In this document: piece after piece, positions 51,501-61,532 of the stretch
Position numbering within the stretch: the first letter of the stretch is position 1
Layout of the letters: each line of letters starts with the position of its first letter
Virus record (IMG/VR): IMGVR_UViG_3300020123_000589
Coordinates: 1 to 64,000 of that record
Reading direction: 5' to 3' (one strand)
Length of the DNA: 64,000 nt
Source of the DNA: a virus
The notes under the pieces: model-generated
Told to the model about the DNA's origin: nothing
What the model saw: the letters and a program-made list of their open reading frames with translations, nothing else
Database searches by the model: none
Position numbers and translations under genes: made by a program

Positions 51501-53870
51501 GAACATGTAAATCAGCCAGGAATGGCTTGGGGTTGGGCTGACTACATTTACAATTACGTAGAGGAAAACTGGCAGGATTTGTTAGTAGGTTGGTTAAATT
51601 TAGATCCTAAGAACTATGTGAAACCCGTTGTTCTAATTGAAAAGATTTATCAGGATGAGGGTGGAGTATCTGCTTGGGTTCATATTGAGTTTGTGAATAC
51701 AGCAGCCAATACAGATGCTTTCATGAAGCTTGTTATTTCTGCTCGTATTGAAGGTGAACAAAGTATTGAGCCTGAAGGCCCAGAATATTTTGAGCATTTA
51801 ACAGATTGGGAAATTGATGTGAAGGATTACGGAAAGAGTGATGAGTTGGAGAAATCGAGTAGCTATGGTCCAACCAACTATCAAGGCCCTTCTGTAGCCG
51901 ATCACGGATATCAGAATAGTGCGTGGGATGATATGAACGTCACTTATTCTCCTGAAGAAGATGAAAAGTTCCTAGATCAGAATGGTGCAGATGGATATCC
52001 TAATCGTTGGATGGGCAGACATCGTGGACCATACTATACGAATGAAGGTAAAGTAGTTAAGATGCTTGAAGATACTAAGCCGCAAAAGCAAACTTCTTTA
52101 GAAAATTTTCTTCCTGAACAAGAATTCATCCCAGAACATTTAAATGCTGGGACAGCTATTATGACAGATGATGGATCTATTTATTGGAGCGACGAGCCTC
52201 ATATGATTCATGTCAAATTAATTAAAGAATTGGGTATTCCCGTTGAGCACATTGTTTCTGGTGGTCGTATAGTAGATGGAGATTACCACGATTTAGGACC
52301 TCGCTCAGATGCAATGAGATATGTTGAAATGGAATTGGCTAAGCAGCGTGTTGAAAAAAAGAGAAAAGAGCGAAGAGCATTAGGAAAAAAAGATATTAAA
52401 GCCGATTTTACGGATAAAGGATATTGGGTTGATCCATCTGGAAAATTTTATTCAGTTAGAGAAAGTGGTGATGGTATAACTCATTCAATGTGGGCAGCGG
52501 AACACATTGATGCATTGTACCCAGATATATCTGATAATGAATATAACGATGCCTATGATTTTTTACTAGAACACGGATGGGTTAGAATTGGAGATTCAAG
52601 TGTGGCAGATTATGGAGTTGAGGCACTTGATCCCCTCAATCTACCTTCTTATGTTATTGATTGGGTGAATAACCACGTACATGGAAAAGTTGATATTGAA
52701 AAATATCCAGCCCGTAGGGGAACTAGAGCAGTCATTGAACTTCCCGTCGATGATTTACAAGAAACGATCAACAACGAATTCAAATTACAAAAATTAGCTC
52801 CCGTTGCTAAACAAGCAGCCATCTCAGGTCAAACAGTGAATACCATTCTAAAACTCATTGAGCAGAATGGCGGAGCTACTTACAATCTTGCAAGTAATAA
52901 AAACCTCGTCGGTACGGATGCTTTCTCGGTTGCAATTTATCCAGATCGAGAACAAATAGTAAACCTTGTAGATTATAATAATTTAGAAGGATACCTAGTT
53001 GAGAATGAAGATTTGTTATCCGACCCCAATAATTCTTTTGGAGCTTGGGTAAGTGGTGGGAAAACTTATTTGGATGTCGTAGCTACGATAAAAGATAAGA
53101 ATCAAGCTATGAAGCTTGGACAGGAACATAAACAACTTGCAATCTTCGACCTCAAGAATTTGGTTGAGATTCCATTGCAGAGAGTGGCTAAGCTTGCTGC
53201 TTTACTACGATCTTGGATTGATCCACAAGGAAAAGTTCATGATATTAGCCCCAATCCATCTCACAAAATGTGGGTTTATAAAAATCTTGTGGACCCCTCT
53301 ACGCCCATTCCTCAAGTCGAAGATGAAGTTTGGAAAAAAGTTGCTGAGATGTTTGAATCTGGTTGGACCAGAGTTTCTACAGATTCTCATAATATAGAAG
53401 CTTCGTTGGTTTTGGAAGTTAAAGATTTAAAACGACTACCTCCTTATTTAGATAATTTTGTAGCGGAGAATTTTCAGGAAGGTCGCCCAATAGAACTTGG
53501 AGACTCTAAAGGCAAAGTAGTTTTAGTTTATGATCCTTTTCCTTCTCTTCAAAACGCGGTAAATAAAGCTTCAAGACAGCCCAAGGTAGCTGCTGCTGTC
53601 AGCGACCGCGAACAACAGAAATATTATGATGAGATTTATTCAGATCGTTGGAGAGATGATTCAGATAAGATAGACGGCGGTAATGAATATTATGATTGGG
53701 CTGAGGGCGGAAGTAATGATTACCCCAATCCAAAAGATGAAGAAAAAGAACATTGTTTACTTGATCAGCTTGAGAAACCAATAAATCGTAACAACCCTGT
53801 AGGTCTTGGCGAATATGCCATAACTTACTACGACGCTTTTCCAGACCAGGGAGACAAAGGGGGCATTTAA
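48501..53870 (+). CDS. 1789-aa multidomain (polyvalent) protein: NTase, HAD, 2H phosphoesterase and repeats
   Basis: FVGS..SDMDIH; ILVDMDDT..FSHR..KP..IDDRA; HITL/HVTV; 3x W(I/V)DPxGK domain. Confidence 0.75.
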   Translation: MQKKANILDWPKPSLEPAIWNPDNTLKPEVKEFILGFIHSFAKANNFKDINAWITDVKFVGSLTTNCWNSNSDMDIHIAVDLSKFVEVEHPEMSEQEASDYLDGIRKQVDQVKAKVPGTEHPTEIYFETEFTTHASQEFSGTYSVLQDKWLLEPHIVGQDFDMSTLHPDLLNLAKETASELDASFGELKRDVQDIKELEETLNYWPPEQRELLEKKLQKRLDELEQDIKVLVELREDVAEKRKHYKALSEQEVRFKYLQKYFYMHVLTDLKTLLKQSPELSVKDIPIVENIMQQASLKLAYQEEENRILVDMDDTICHEASDGECGEPMEGVKEALTKLKEMGYEIVIFSHRADDKHGEDEIKKYLEAHEIPYDSIYKGEKPLARFQIDDRAIHFDNWNSVLKQIEKSASLSTKYWIDPNGKEYQVGTALGHYGWVAKNILKVDDEAVKNDKNLLNQVYNKTEQMMEEGWARISSESGGQFAIEVNKLENLPSYLDNFIAAHFNQAEAENGVGIELDDQQGSFVTITDPFPNIQQAVTKKLNNQMSVAAKILSKKEATAFNPYQDESLKQGPPYAIYIGTQEMGEGYAPVKLYNIFGEHPRFGSTVAEETLQELGIPIRETKTAQLGSEYDFSSTHFLLPKEIAEKIIRWAVETIPEDQIVHDSKDPGTKGVQLESHITLKYGLLTDDFEEVKKALEGEKAPHLKFGKTSFFEPEGKDYDVVIIPVESEDLQKLNEKLCSQVEHDDLQFKEYHPHVTVAYIKKGLGPKYEGKDILEGEELDLNVLTFSPKEGSKQEMELGKATEKSSSFMPSNTDLAPSNDWISETGYPGNSEMDAPQNVSDESTWYSPENDRPRTRNFWQKMLSLFQKPLSKKEPKNIVPVKEASSNVFMLDTDSGLQTKALKDPTSEQAVNLFNSTRGEIHQLRWFIPVDGHLYMWDAYDLTHWDAIKQIGIPATRLAEDINTGVARTEYEAEIIAEEFKEFGFVNMNKQAKQWVTPTEHVNQPGMAWGWADYIYNYVEENWQDLLVGWLNLDPKNYVKPVVLIEKIYQDEGGVSAWVHIEFVNTAANTDAFMKLVISARIEGEQSIEPEGPEYFEHLTDWEIDVKDYGKSDELEKSSSYGPTNYQGPSVADHGYQNSAWDDMNVTYSPEEDEKFLDQNGADGYPNRWMGRHRGPYYTNEGKVVKMLEDTKPQKQTSLENFLPEQEFIPEHLNAGTAIMTDDGSIYWSDEPHMIHVKLIKELGIPVEHIVSGGRIVDGDYHDLGPRSDAMRYVEMELAKQRVEKKRKERRALGKKDIKADFTDKGYWVDPSGKFYSVRESGDGITHSMWAAEHIDALYPDISDNEYNDAYDFLLEHGWVRIGDSSVADYGVEALDPLNLPSYVIDWVNNHVHGKVDIEKYPARRGTRAVIELPVDDLQETINNEFKLQKLAPVAKQAAISGQTVNTILKLIEQNGGATYNLASNKNLVGTDAFSVAIYPDREQIVNLVDYNNLEGYLVENEDLLSDPNNSFGAWVSGGKTYLDVVATIKDKNQAMKLGQEHKQLAIFDLKNLVEIPLQRVAKLAALLRSWIDPQGKVHDISPNPSHKMWVYKNLVDPSTPIPQVEDEVWKKVAEMFESGWTRVSTDSHNIEASLVLEVKDLKRLPPYLDNFVAENFQEGRPIELGDSKGKVVLVYDPFPSLQNAVNKASRQPKVAAAVSDREQQKYYDEIYSDRWRDDSDKIDGGNEYYDWAEGGSNDYPNPKDEEKEHCLLDQLEKPINRNNPVGLGEYAITYYDAFPDQGDKGGI

Positions 53871-53877
53871 AAACCCT

Positions 53878-53912
53878 CTTAAAAATATAATAAAATCAGG
53901 TATTATTAGGGA
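53878..53912 (+). promoter_or_regulatory. late promoter-like motif
   Basis: CTTAAAAATATAATAAAATCAGGTATTATTAGGGA, identical to 63484-63518. Confidence 0.75.
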
Positions 53913-53980
53913 ATGCCGTATCTACGCCCATAATTTTTATTTTAGAAGTAATTTTAATCGATAGTTTTGGAGGCTTTAAA

Positions 53981-55144
53981 ATGCGAGACATTACAAAGTT
54001 TAACCGTGAATTTTCAGAGAATGCTTTGAAGAAACAAGCTGAAGAGCTTGCTAATAAAGTTGAGCCTACATCTGCTCCAATAGAGATTCAAGAGGTTGAA
54101 GCCGACCTTAAGGATTTTTCGCTTACAGATAGCGGAGCTTATCTAAATGTTTCTCATCCAGCATTGCATGATGCTACGATTGGTGTAGTATCTAAGAATG
54201 AATATTCCAATGGCAATAAAGAAGCTATTTTACGATCTGTTTTGGAAAGTAAGTTTGCAGAATATCAGAATACTCACAGTCTTAAAATTACTGGAAGCTT
54301 TGTTGAGCCCTCAATTAATCCCGCTCCCAAAGAAGAAGTTGTTATTATTCCTGTTGAAAAGAAAGCCTCTGAAGAAAAACAGATTGAACCAGCCAAAGAA
54401 ATTACCTCCGATCTTCCCCTCCTACGATCTTCCGATTCATTTAGACAGAATGTAGAAACAGTTGCTTTTCGAGCATCAGAAAAACTTAATCGTTTCGTTG
54501 CCGCTGCTACAAATGGTTTGGTTGATCATCTTCGAAGTTTGAAATACGATATGCCAAAGGTTAATGAAGTTGATGCTTCCGCCCTCTCTGAGAATGGCGA
54601 TAGCTTCAACGGTTTTATTACTGCTTCTGTTTCATTAGAAAATTCAACAGGCCCTAAATATTTGAACCTTCCAATTACCATTTCTGCTTCTAAAGTTGTT
54701 TACCCCAATGAGAAAGAAACCGCTGATTTTGTTTCTAAAGGTATTGATCTTCGATCTAAGCTTGAAGAGACTCTTGCTATTGAAGCTCTTACTGCCATGG
54801 CTAAAGTGGATGCCGATGAAGCTTGGGTAAAAGAAAATATTTCAAATATACTTTTCGAGAAGACTGCTGAAATTAAGAAAGAAGCCTCGGATTATACCGA
54901 TGGAATTTCTAGCACAGGACCTGGATCTCATATCAAATTGCAGAAGCACCTCTTACCTGGCGAATTAGCCGATTGGGAAGTGGGCGATACTATTTATAGC
55001 GATGGCAAAAAATGGAAACTCGTCAGTAAAGATGATGGCCTCGATAGTAATGATAAAAATGCTGGTTCCGCCAGTTTATGGGATTTCGTTGAATGTATGC
55101 CGGAAGAAGGTGATGAAAAAATAAAAGCTGACATCCCCCGCTAA
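53981..55144 (+). CDS. putative virion protein with KxA motifs
   Basis: KKQAE, EKKAS, EKTAE, KKEAS; GGAGG RBS; follows the late motif. Confidence 0.5.
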   Translation: MRDITKFNREFSENALKKQAEELANKVEPTSAPIEIQEVEADLKDFSLTDSGAYLNVSHPALHDATIGVVSKNEYSNGNKEAILRSVLESKFAEYQNTHSLKITGSFVEPSINPAPKEEVVIIPVEKKASEEKQIEPAKEITSDLPLLRSSDSFRQNVETVAFRASEKLNRFVAAATNGLVDHLRSLKYDMPKVNEVDASALSENGDSFNGFITASVSLENSTGPKYLNLPITISASKVVYPNEKETADFVSKGIDLRSKLEETLAIEALTAMAKVDADEAWVKENISNILFEKTAEIKKEASDYTDGISSTGPGSHIKLQKHLLPGELADWEVGDTIYSDGKKWKLVSKDDGLDSNDKNAGSASLWDFVECMPEEGDEKIKADIPR

Positions 55145-55173
55145 CCTACCGATTTGATTAGGAGTTTCAACAA

Positions 55174-58100
55174 ATGAAAAATTTACTTGCTTCTTGGTTC
55201 AGAAATCTTACTGCTTTTGATGACGGAGCAGTTAAAAAAGAATTCAGTATTGTCGATCCCACCGCTGCCCAAGCTGATGGATTGAATACTGTTATTCTTG
55301 CTGTTTCCCCATCAGACGGAAATTCTCCAACAATGGTTTCTTTATATTTTGATGGAACAGGTGTAAAATTGTTTGAGAAGAAATATCAAGACGATCAAGA
55401 TGCTCAAACTGAAATGTCAGCTATGGCACATGATTTAGAAGAAGCTGCTACACTAAGTAAAGAAGGTAAAACTGAAGAAGCTAAGAATTTAGCTACATCC
55501 CTATTTGATAAATATAAGAGAAGTTCCGATCCTCTCTCAAATGAACAACCCACACCAACCATGACACAAGCAAGTCAAAATGCTCCTCTCGTTTATAAAG
55601 GATTTTCTATAAAAAAACTTGAAGATGGTAGTTGGCAAGCATCTCAGGATGAGTTGGCATTTACAGCTGATTCTATTGATTCGGTTAAAGCCAAGGTTGA
55701 TAACATGCTTCGCAAGGCGTATGGTAAGAAGTTAGCCAAACGCGCCGAAATCGTAATGCAGAACCTTTTCTTTAGTACTCCCGACGAAGCTATGGAATAT
55801 CAAGAAAAAATGAAAAAGCTTCAAGGTCCAGAAGGTGGAGAAGGTAAACCACTCTGGGAGCAAATGAGTGGTGAAGAGCAAATAGCTCCTTCTAATGAAA
55901 CAGCACCCGAAGAAGATAATGAACTTGCACCTCCCTCTTTGAGTTTTGATCGTATTGAGAAAGACAAAGCTAAGTCTGATAAAGATATTGGCAAGAGAAT
56001 TAAAGAACAGGTTAAAACAGAAGTAGAATCTGCTCTTGAACAAAAAAGTGCATCTGTGTTTGGCCCAGATCAAGAAGATCTTGTTGAAGCTCTTCGAAAG
56101 AATGGACGCAATTGGGATGAAATTAAAAAGATTTTTACTAAAGAACTTTCTTATAATGAAGATGATACAACCGTATTTTTAGACAGTATTCGTCAGAAAG
56201 AAGAGGGTGGAATGTCTGAAGGATTGCCCATGGCTCCAAAGCCTCCAGAAGATTTGGTATCTCCAGAAACCCACGATAAATTGGTTAAAGAAATTGAAGA
56301 TAAATCCGAACCAAAGCCCGAACCTTTGCCCCTAGCTGATGAAATTGCTCGTGCAGATAATGCTGAAATTAGAAAGGTTGCTAGAGAGATGACTGAAGAT
56401 GAAAAATTATCTTGGGACAAAACCCAGGTTGGTGAATTTGGAAGAAATAAAGATGGTTCTCCTCGCCCATCTCTAGAAGAAGTAACTAAACGAAGGCATG
56501 AGAAAGAACGTAAAGAAAAAGAGAATAAAAGCAAGCAATCTTCTCAATCTAAAGTAGCACTAAACCCTCTCCAAGAGCCTCCAGCCGTTGGACAAAATCC
56601 TGGTCAGCCTTTGGCTGCTCCAGTTGAAGAAGCTCCAACATTTGATTCTCCAGTTCCTCCATCACAAGATTCCAATCCAGAACCTGAATTCCTAGAAGCA
56701 CCTAAAGAAGGTGACAGAGTTTATGTTATGGGAGATTATGAAACTGGTCAAGATGGATTTGAAGGAACAATGGTTTCTGACTATACAAGCAAAGGCGATG
56801 ATTATGCTGTTATTGCTAAAGATGATGGAGAGAATGCAGAAGTCGCTTTGCATCGCGTTGTGAAAGCTTCTCAGAAGAAAGTAGCTCAGGTTTATTATGA
56901 GAAGGTAGCTTCTGTTACAGATTCTAGCCGAGGTCGTAATTGGAAAGTTACTTATTATGATAAGAATGATAAAGTAATTTCGTCTCATATAATTAAAGAT
57001 CGTACTGAAGCTGAGGCTGAAAGAGAAGCAACAGGCGATATGCCTTCAGGTTGTGAAGATTGGAGTATGATGCCCGTCCAATCTAAGAAAGCCGCTAATG
57101 AAGATCGTTGGACTAAGCTTGTTTATGAGTGTCCTTCTTGCGAGACACAGTTTACTGAATCTAAGAAACCTATGAGTGCCTGTCCTATTTGTCGTACTCC
57201 TGCTGATAAAATAAAATTAATAAAAGAAGCTGAAGGACTTCCTGAAGGACAGAATAGATTGAGAACAATTAATCCCCATAATCGCTTTTGTGACAAATGC
57301 GGAGACAAATTAGACCCAAGTAATCCAAGTCCTCGTTGTGCCCATTGTTCCAAAGCAAAATCTTTTATTCCACCACTAACCGAACATGATCTTCAGGAAA
57401 AGGATGCCGATCTAGAAGTCGAAGGTAAAGGCAACGAAGATGTAATTAGAATGTTCATTGATAATTCTTTCCCAAAGGATAAAATGCCTGTTTGGGGAAC
57501 GCCTAATCTTAAAATTACCAAATATCCAAATGGTTGGGCTTTAGTTAATTATCAAACACCTATTTTATATCGCGGTAACAATAACCCAGATGTAGTTGTG
57601 TTTAATACACATAATTATTCAGTTACTACAAAGAAAATTCAAAATCAAATTCGTAGTATGTTTCGCGGTCAGTCTGTTAAAGAGACAGATGAGGCTGGAA
57701 TATATTCTGCAATCGACCAATCTAATTTGGCTGTTCCAGAACCTGAATTTGGTACAGAGCTTCAATCTCTTCATGAATCTGCTTTGAAAATTAAGGCTGA
57801 CCTAGAACACGAAGGCGAAATCGCTATTTATTTTCATAAAGAAGGAATTGAAAAGAAAGCTTCTGATGATTCTGCATTTGAAGGTAATGGCTGGTGCCGA
57901 GTTTGGATTCAAGATGATGAAATTTCTTCAGATAAAAGATATCCAGAAATTTTAAAATTAGCAGATGAAACCACTCGTATTGATGCTTTAAAAGATTTAG
58001 CACGAGAATTAGCACACGAGGCTTTACGACTTGCAGACAGCGCAGGAGCTAAAGTTGGAGTACAGGCGTGGTTTGAATCTTTACATCCTTCAGATCACGA

Positions 58101-59073
58101 CAGGATTGATTGGGTTGCTTTGGCTAATCCAACACAAGAGAATGTTGAATCTGCTCAAGATCCTAAGATTGAAAAGAAAGCAGCCGTTTTGCCAGAAGTT
58201 GTAAAACAAGAAGTTATGTCCATGACTCCTGATATGAATATGCGAGGAGCAACCGCGTATCGTTTCAGTGTTGAGGGTGACAAAATTTATCGTGGTGAAT
58301 GGCGTATGGGATTTGAAAAGGATGATTTTGGTCCGTATCAATTTATTTATGATTTAGAAACAAAAGAATTTAAAGAAAATCCAAGTTATCAACAGTCGGC
58401 ATTCGCATCGTTGAAACAAGCAGCAGAACCTCTCCTCGGACCAACGGGTGAACCATTGCCAGCGAAACCAGAGACTCCAACAACTTTTAAAAAGCATCTA
58501 AAAGCACCACCCTCAACAGACCGCGAGAAAGCTCAACCCGCTTCAATTGAACAAGCCCAGCTTGTTAAAGAAGTAGAAAGCTCCTTAACTAGTCTTGAAT
58601 CCATCAAATCGATGGTGGAACAAGCCAAGGCAAAGCTTAATGCCGAAATCAAAACAATTGAAGAGAAGGGTGGCAGAGTACAAATAGAAGGCGAACTCAA
58701 AGAGAAGATTGATCGTCTTTCTAAGATGGTTGAAGCTGTGCAAAATCAAATGATTTATGCTGGAGATACAATGGTTCGTTTGGTTCAAGAAACTAAAGAA
58801 AAACCTTTTAAACCTGGCGATAAATGGAAAATCGAGAAACTTACTGAACGCCTTTCTAAATATGAGGATGCCGCAGCATTTTTAAAGAAAGCAGAAGATG
58901 GAGCGCAACACTTAGCTACATCAGAAGATATTCGTGAATTGTATTTCTTTCCACGTAAGATGAGCAAACTTCATAAATCAGCTGGATTTTTAGAAACACT
59001 AGACTCCGTGTATAATGATGTACTAGAGGCTTTAAAATTAATTATTGGAAGTGAAGAACCAGCGGCGGTATAA
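55174..59073 (+). CDS. large modular putative head/internal polyprotein
   Basis: 1299 aa, acidic, KxA-delimited modules, CxxC pairs. Confidence 0.55.
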   Translation: MKNLLASWFRNLTAFDDGAVKKEFSIVDPTAAQADGLNTVILAVSPSDGNSPTMVSLYFDGTGVKLFEKKYQDDQDAQTEMSAMAHDLEEAATLSKEGKTEEAKNLATSLFDKYKRSSDPLSNEQPTPTMTQASQNAPLVYKGFSIKKLEDGSWQASQDELAFTADSIDSVKAKVDNMLRKAYGKKLAKRAEIVMQNLFFSTPDEAMEYQEKMKKLQGPEGGEGKPLWEQMSGEEQIAPSNETAPEEDNELAPPSLSFDRIEKDKAKSDKDIGKRIKEQVKTEVESALEQKSASVFGPDQEDLVEALRKNGRNWDEIKKIFTKELSYNEDDTTVFLDSIRQKEEGGMSEGLPMAPKPPEDLVSPETHDKLVKEIEDKSEPKPEPLPLADEIARADNAEIRKVAREMTEDEKLSWDKTQVGEFGRNKDGSPRPSLEEVTKRRHEKERKEKENKSKQSSQSKVALNPLQEPPAVGQNPGQPLAAPVEEAPTFDSPVPPSQDSNPEPEFLEAPKEGDRVYVMGDYETGQDGFEGTMVSDYTSKGDDYAVIAKDDGENAEVALHRVVKASQKKVAQVYYEKVASVTDSSRGRNWKVTYYDKNDKVISSHIIKDRTEAEAEREATGDMPSGCEDWSMMPVQSKKAANEDRWTKLVYECPSCETQFTESKKPMSACPICRTPADKIKLIKEAEGLPEGQNRLRTINPHNRFCDKCGDKLDPSNPSPRCAHCSKAKSFIPPLTEHDLQEKDADLEVEGKGNEDVIRMFIDNSFPKDKMPVWGTPNLKITKYPNGWALVNYQTPILYRGNNNPDVVVFNTHNYSVTTKKIQNQIRSMFRGQSVKETDEAGIYSAIDQSNLAVPEPEFGTELQSLHESALKIKADLEHEGEIAIYFHKEGIEKKASDDSAFEGNGWCRVWIQDDEISSDKRYPEILKLADETTRIDALKDLARELAHEALRLADSAGAKVGVQAWFESLHPSDHDRIDWVALANPTQENVESAQDPKIEKKAAVLPEVVKQEVMSMTPDMNMRGATAYRFSVEGDKIYRGEWRMGFEKDDFGPYQFIYDLETKEFKENPSYQQSAFASLKQAAEPLLGPTGEPLPAKPETPTTFKKHLKAPPSTDREKAQPASIEQAQLVKEVESSLTSLESIKSMVEQAKAKLNAEIKTIEEKGGRVQIEGELKEKIDRLSKMVEAVQNQMIYAGDTMVRLVQETKEKPFKPGDKWKIEKLTERLSKYEDAAAFLKKAEDGAQHLATSEDIRELYFFPRKMSKLHKSAGFLETLDSVYNDVLEALKLIIGSEEPAAV

Positions 59074-59075
59074 CC

Positions 59076-59330
59076 GTGGATACTCTTATAGAACTTCTTA
59101 GCAGTGTAAAAGTTATTGGACCCCTTGGTGTTGTAGCAGTTATTGAAGCGTGGGCTTTATATTCGTTGTTTAATAGACTTGAAGAAGCTCAGAATAAGAG
59201 GTTGGAAGATTGGCAAGCTATGAAAGATGAGTACACACAATTAAGTAGCGACATCAATAAAACTTTGGATGTATTAATTAAAACATTGGGCCGTAAAAAT
59301 GGCAACGGAAATGGTGGCTGCAATGGATAA
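59076..59330 (+). CDS. holin-like membrane protein
   Basis: One N-terminal TM segment plus coiled coil, in the late region. Confidence 0.4.
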   Translation: MDTLIELLSSVKVIGPLGVVAVIEAWALYSLFNRLEEAQNKRLEDWQAMKDEYTQLSSDINKTLDVLIKTLGRKNGNGNGGCNG

Positions 59331-59494
59331 AATAACCGTTAATGGATTGGATAAATCCAAATCAAAACTAGGATTAAATATGTCTACAAATGATAAATTG
59401 GTTAAACAGATACAAGAACAAATTTCTCTAGCTGGAGTACAGGTTAAGAAAAGAATGAAAAAAATACAGCTAGAACTTTTAGAGGAATTAAACG

Positions 59495-59668
59495 ATGAGT
59501 CTGGAAACGGAGTTAGTTTGTAAGCATTGTGGGAATGAATATTTTTATATCGTTTACGATTTGTCAATAGGACACGTAGAGGGTAAAGAAACACAATTTG
59601 AATTACTGAAATGTATGGATTGTGGCACGATGAATACAAAAACATTTGAGACGACAAGAGAAAATTAA
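59495..59668 (+). CDS. 57-aa Zn-ribbon protein (not in ORF track)
   Basis: MSLETELVCKHCG..LKCMDCGT..EN*; stop overlaps the TerL ATG (TAATG). Confidence 0.6.
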   Translation: MSLETELVCKHCGNEYFYIVYDLSIGHVEGKETQFELLKCMDCGTMNTKTFETTREN

Positions 59669-61296
59669 TGTACAATTTTGCAGAATTAGTTTCTTCATCC
59701 TACGATGAGACTAAAATATCTAATTTATCTAAAGCTGCCTATGATACAAGCTTTTGGTCCTTACAAAATTTAGGCGTAGATTTGTATGACAACCAAATTG
59801 ATATTGTAAATAGTGTCTGTGATATTGGAGAAAAATACCTAGCCATTCTTTGTGCTAGAGGTTCTGGAAAAACTCACGGTGTTGCTGTAGCTCTTGTAAA
59901 GCTTTGTTTGGATTACCCAGGTTTATCAGTTGGTATATTTGGTCCGAAAGAGGACCAAGCCAACCGTATTATTAAAGAAGAACTTCTCGGTCATCTTTTG
60001 CTTCCGTCCTCTCCTTGCTATAATTTCATTGAATGGGGTAAAACTTCTGGTTCATATGTGAGATTCAAGAATGGTTCATATATTGAATCTCATTCAGCAT
60101 CAGAACAGAGCCAGCAGGAAGGATACCACTATTCTATTGTTGTTGTAGATGAAGCCCATGCCGTTAGCGATGCAAGCATATCCACTCGTATTTCAGGAAT
60201 GTTGGGCTCCTTTAAAATTTCTAAACTTATTAAAATTGGTGTTGCAGTAGGTAGAAATCATTTTTGGAAAAGCTGTGCTGCCCCCAATACCGCCTTCAAA
60301 GTAATTGTTAAAGATTGGACACAATGCCCAATTCTTCTCAATCAGGGTTCCATAACCTATGAAGGCATGGAACTTCCAAAAGAGGTTATCGACAAAATGC
60401 CGATAACACTTAAGAGACAATATTTTCCAGACCGTTCTGATCTTCATTATGATTCTGTTGTAGGCATGACAGAATTAGATTTCAATTCCCATTATGCAAT
60501 GATATGGGAGAATGATGCAAATTTAGTTCTCAATGAAGAGAATCAAATCAGATTAGTTTCTGGTGATTTCGATCCACTTGAGAAAGCCAATAAAGCAAGA
60601 ATGGATAAGTATTTCTTTGGACTTGATACCGCTTCTGGATCTATTCTTCCTGGGCGTAGAGATAGAGACTTTAACAATTTAGCTATTTGGCGTAAGACCC
60701 ATGATAATATTTGTCAGAAAGTAGCTGTGTTTGAATGGCAGGACGTTCCTCCCTCAGATTTAATGGAAGATATTAAAGCCATTATTCATCCAGAAACAGG
60801 TTTGTTTCCTTGTGTATTTGGATTAGCCGATTTTAGTAACATTGCAATTAGCATGGTAGATTTTTTTAAGAAAGAGAAAATCCCCATAGATGGAATTCAA
60901 TATCAAGCCACTGAACCTACTACCCATAAAAACTATAAAAATGCAATGTTCGATCAGTATGTATTCGAACTTGAATGTGGTAGAATACAATATCCCAAAC
61001 TTGATAAATTTCAGAAGGATAAAGTTTTTAATAAATCCTACCAAGAATGGTGTTTTATTGAGCGGCATCAGAAACAAGGGATAAATGCCATTATTGAAGC
61101 TCCTTCAGCAGATTTTCATGATGATGCACCAAATGCTGATGTTCTAGCAGTTTGGGCCGCAACACGAGTGGAGAATTATCAGGGTACCTTTGCGACTCGT
61201 CCAATGATTTCCCCAGTTGGTGGTCCAGGTTCTGTAGCTTCACGAGGTATTCCAAATCCAGCAGATCAGTCTTTAAAAAGTAGATTTTTGAAATAA
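59668..61296 (+). CDS. terL: terminase large subunit
   Basis: Q motif, ARGSGKT Walker A, VVVDEAH Walker B, FFGLD and HDD..AD nuclease motifs. Confidence 0.85.
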   Translation: MYNFAELVSSSYDETKISNLSKAAYDTSFWSLQNLGVDLYDNQIDIVNSVCDIGEKYLAILCARGSGKTHGVAVALVKLCLDYPGLSVGIFGPKEDQANRIIKEELLGHLLLPSSPCYNFIEWGKTSGSYVRFKNGSYIESHSASEQSQQEGYHYSIVVVDEAHAVSDASISTRISGMLGSFKISKLIKIGVAVGRNHFWKSCAAPNTAFKVIVKDWTQCPILLNQGSITYEGMELPKEVIDKMPITLKRQYFPDRSDLHYDSVVGMTELDFNSHYAMIWENDANLVLNEENQIRLVSGDFDPLEKANKARMDKYFFGLDTASGSILPGRRDRDFNNLAIWRKTHDNICQKVAVFEWQDVPPSDLMEDIKAIIHPETGLFPCVFGLADFSNIAISMVDFFKKEKIPIDGIQYQATEPTTHKNYKNAMFDQYVFELECGRIQYPKLDKFQKDKVFNKSYQEWCFIERHQKQGINAIIEAPSADFHDDAPNADVLAVWAATRVENYQGTFATRPMISPVGGPGSVASRGIPNPADQSLKSRFLK

Positions 61297-61532
61297 GGAT
61301 ATGAAATGAGAAAAGAACGAGCATTGGAGGATTCAAAAAACTATTTAATTTCTGTGCATGATGCTCTTCGTACAGCCTTCAGAAATGCTACTCCAGCAGA
61401 ACAGGTATTTCTAACAAACGTTTTAGAGGGAATCGAGAAGGATGTAAAGCAACTTGAAGCGTTAAAAGAAATGATGGAAGTATGGAAGATCAAAAAAGAT
61501 AAGAAGTTAGAAATGACTACAGAGGAATAAAA

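Noticed and set aside
52860-53170. Calling the QLAIFDL module a SAM lyase
   Set aside because: Only a vague resemblance to the T3 SAMase C-terminal pattern; it needs a structure-based search.
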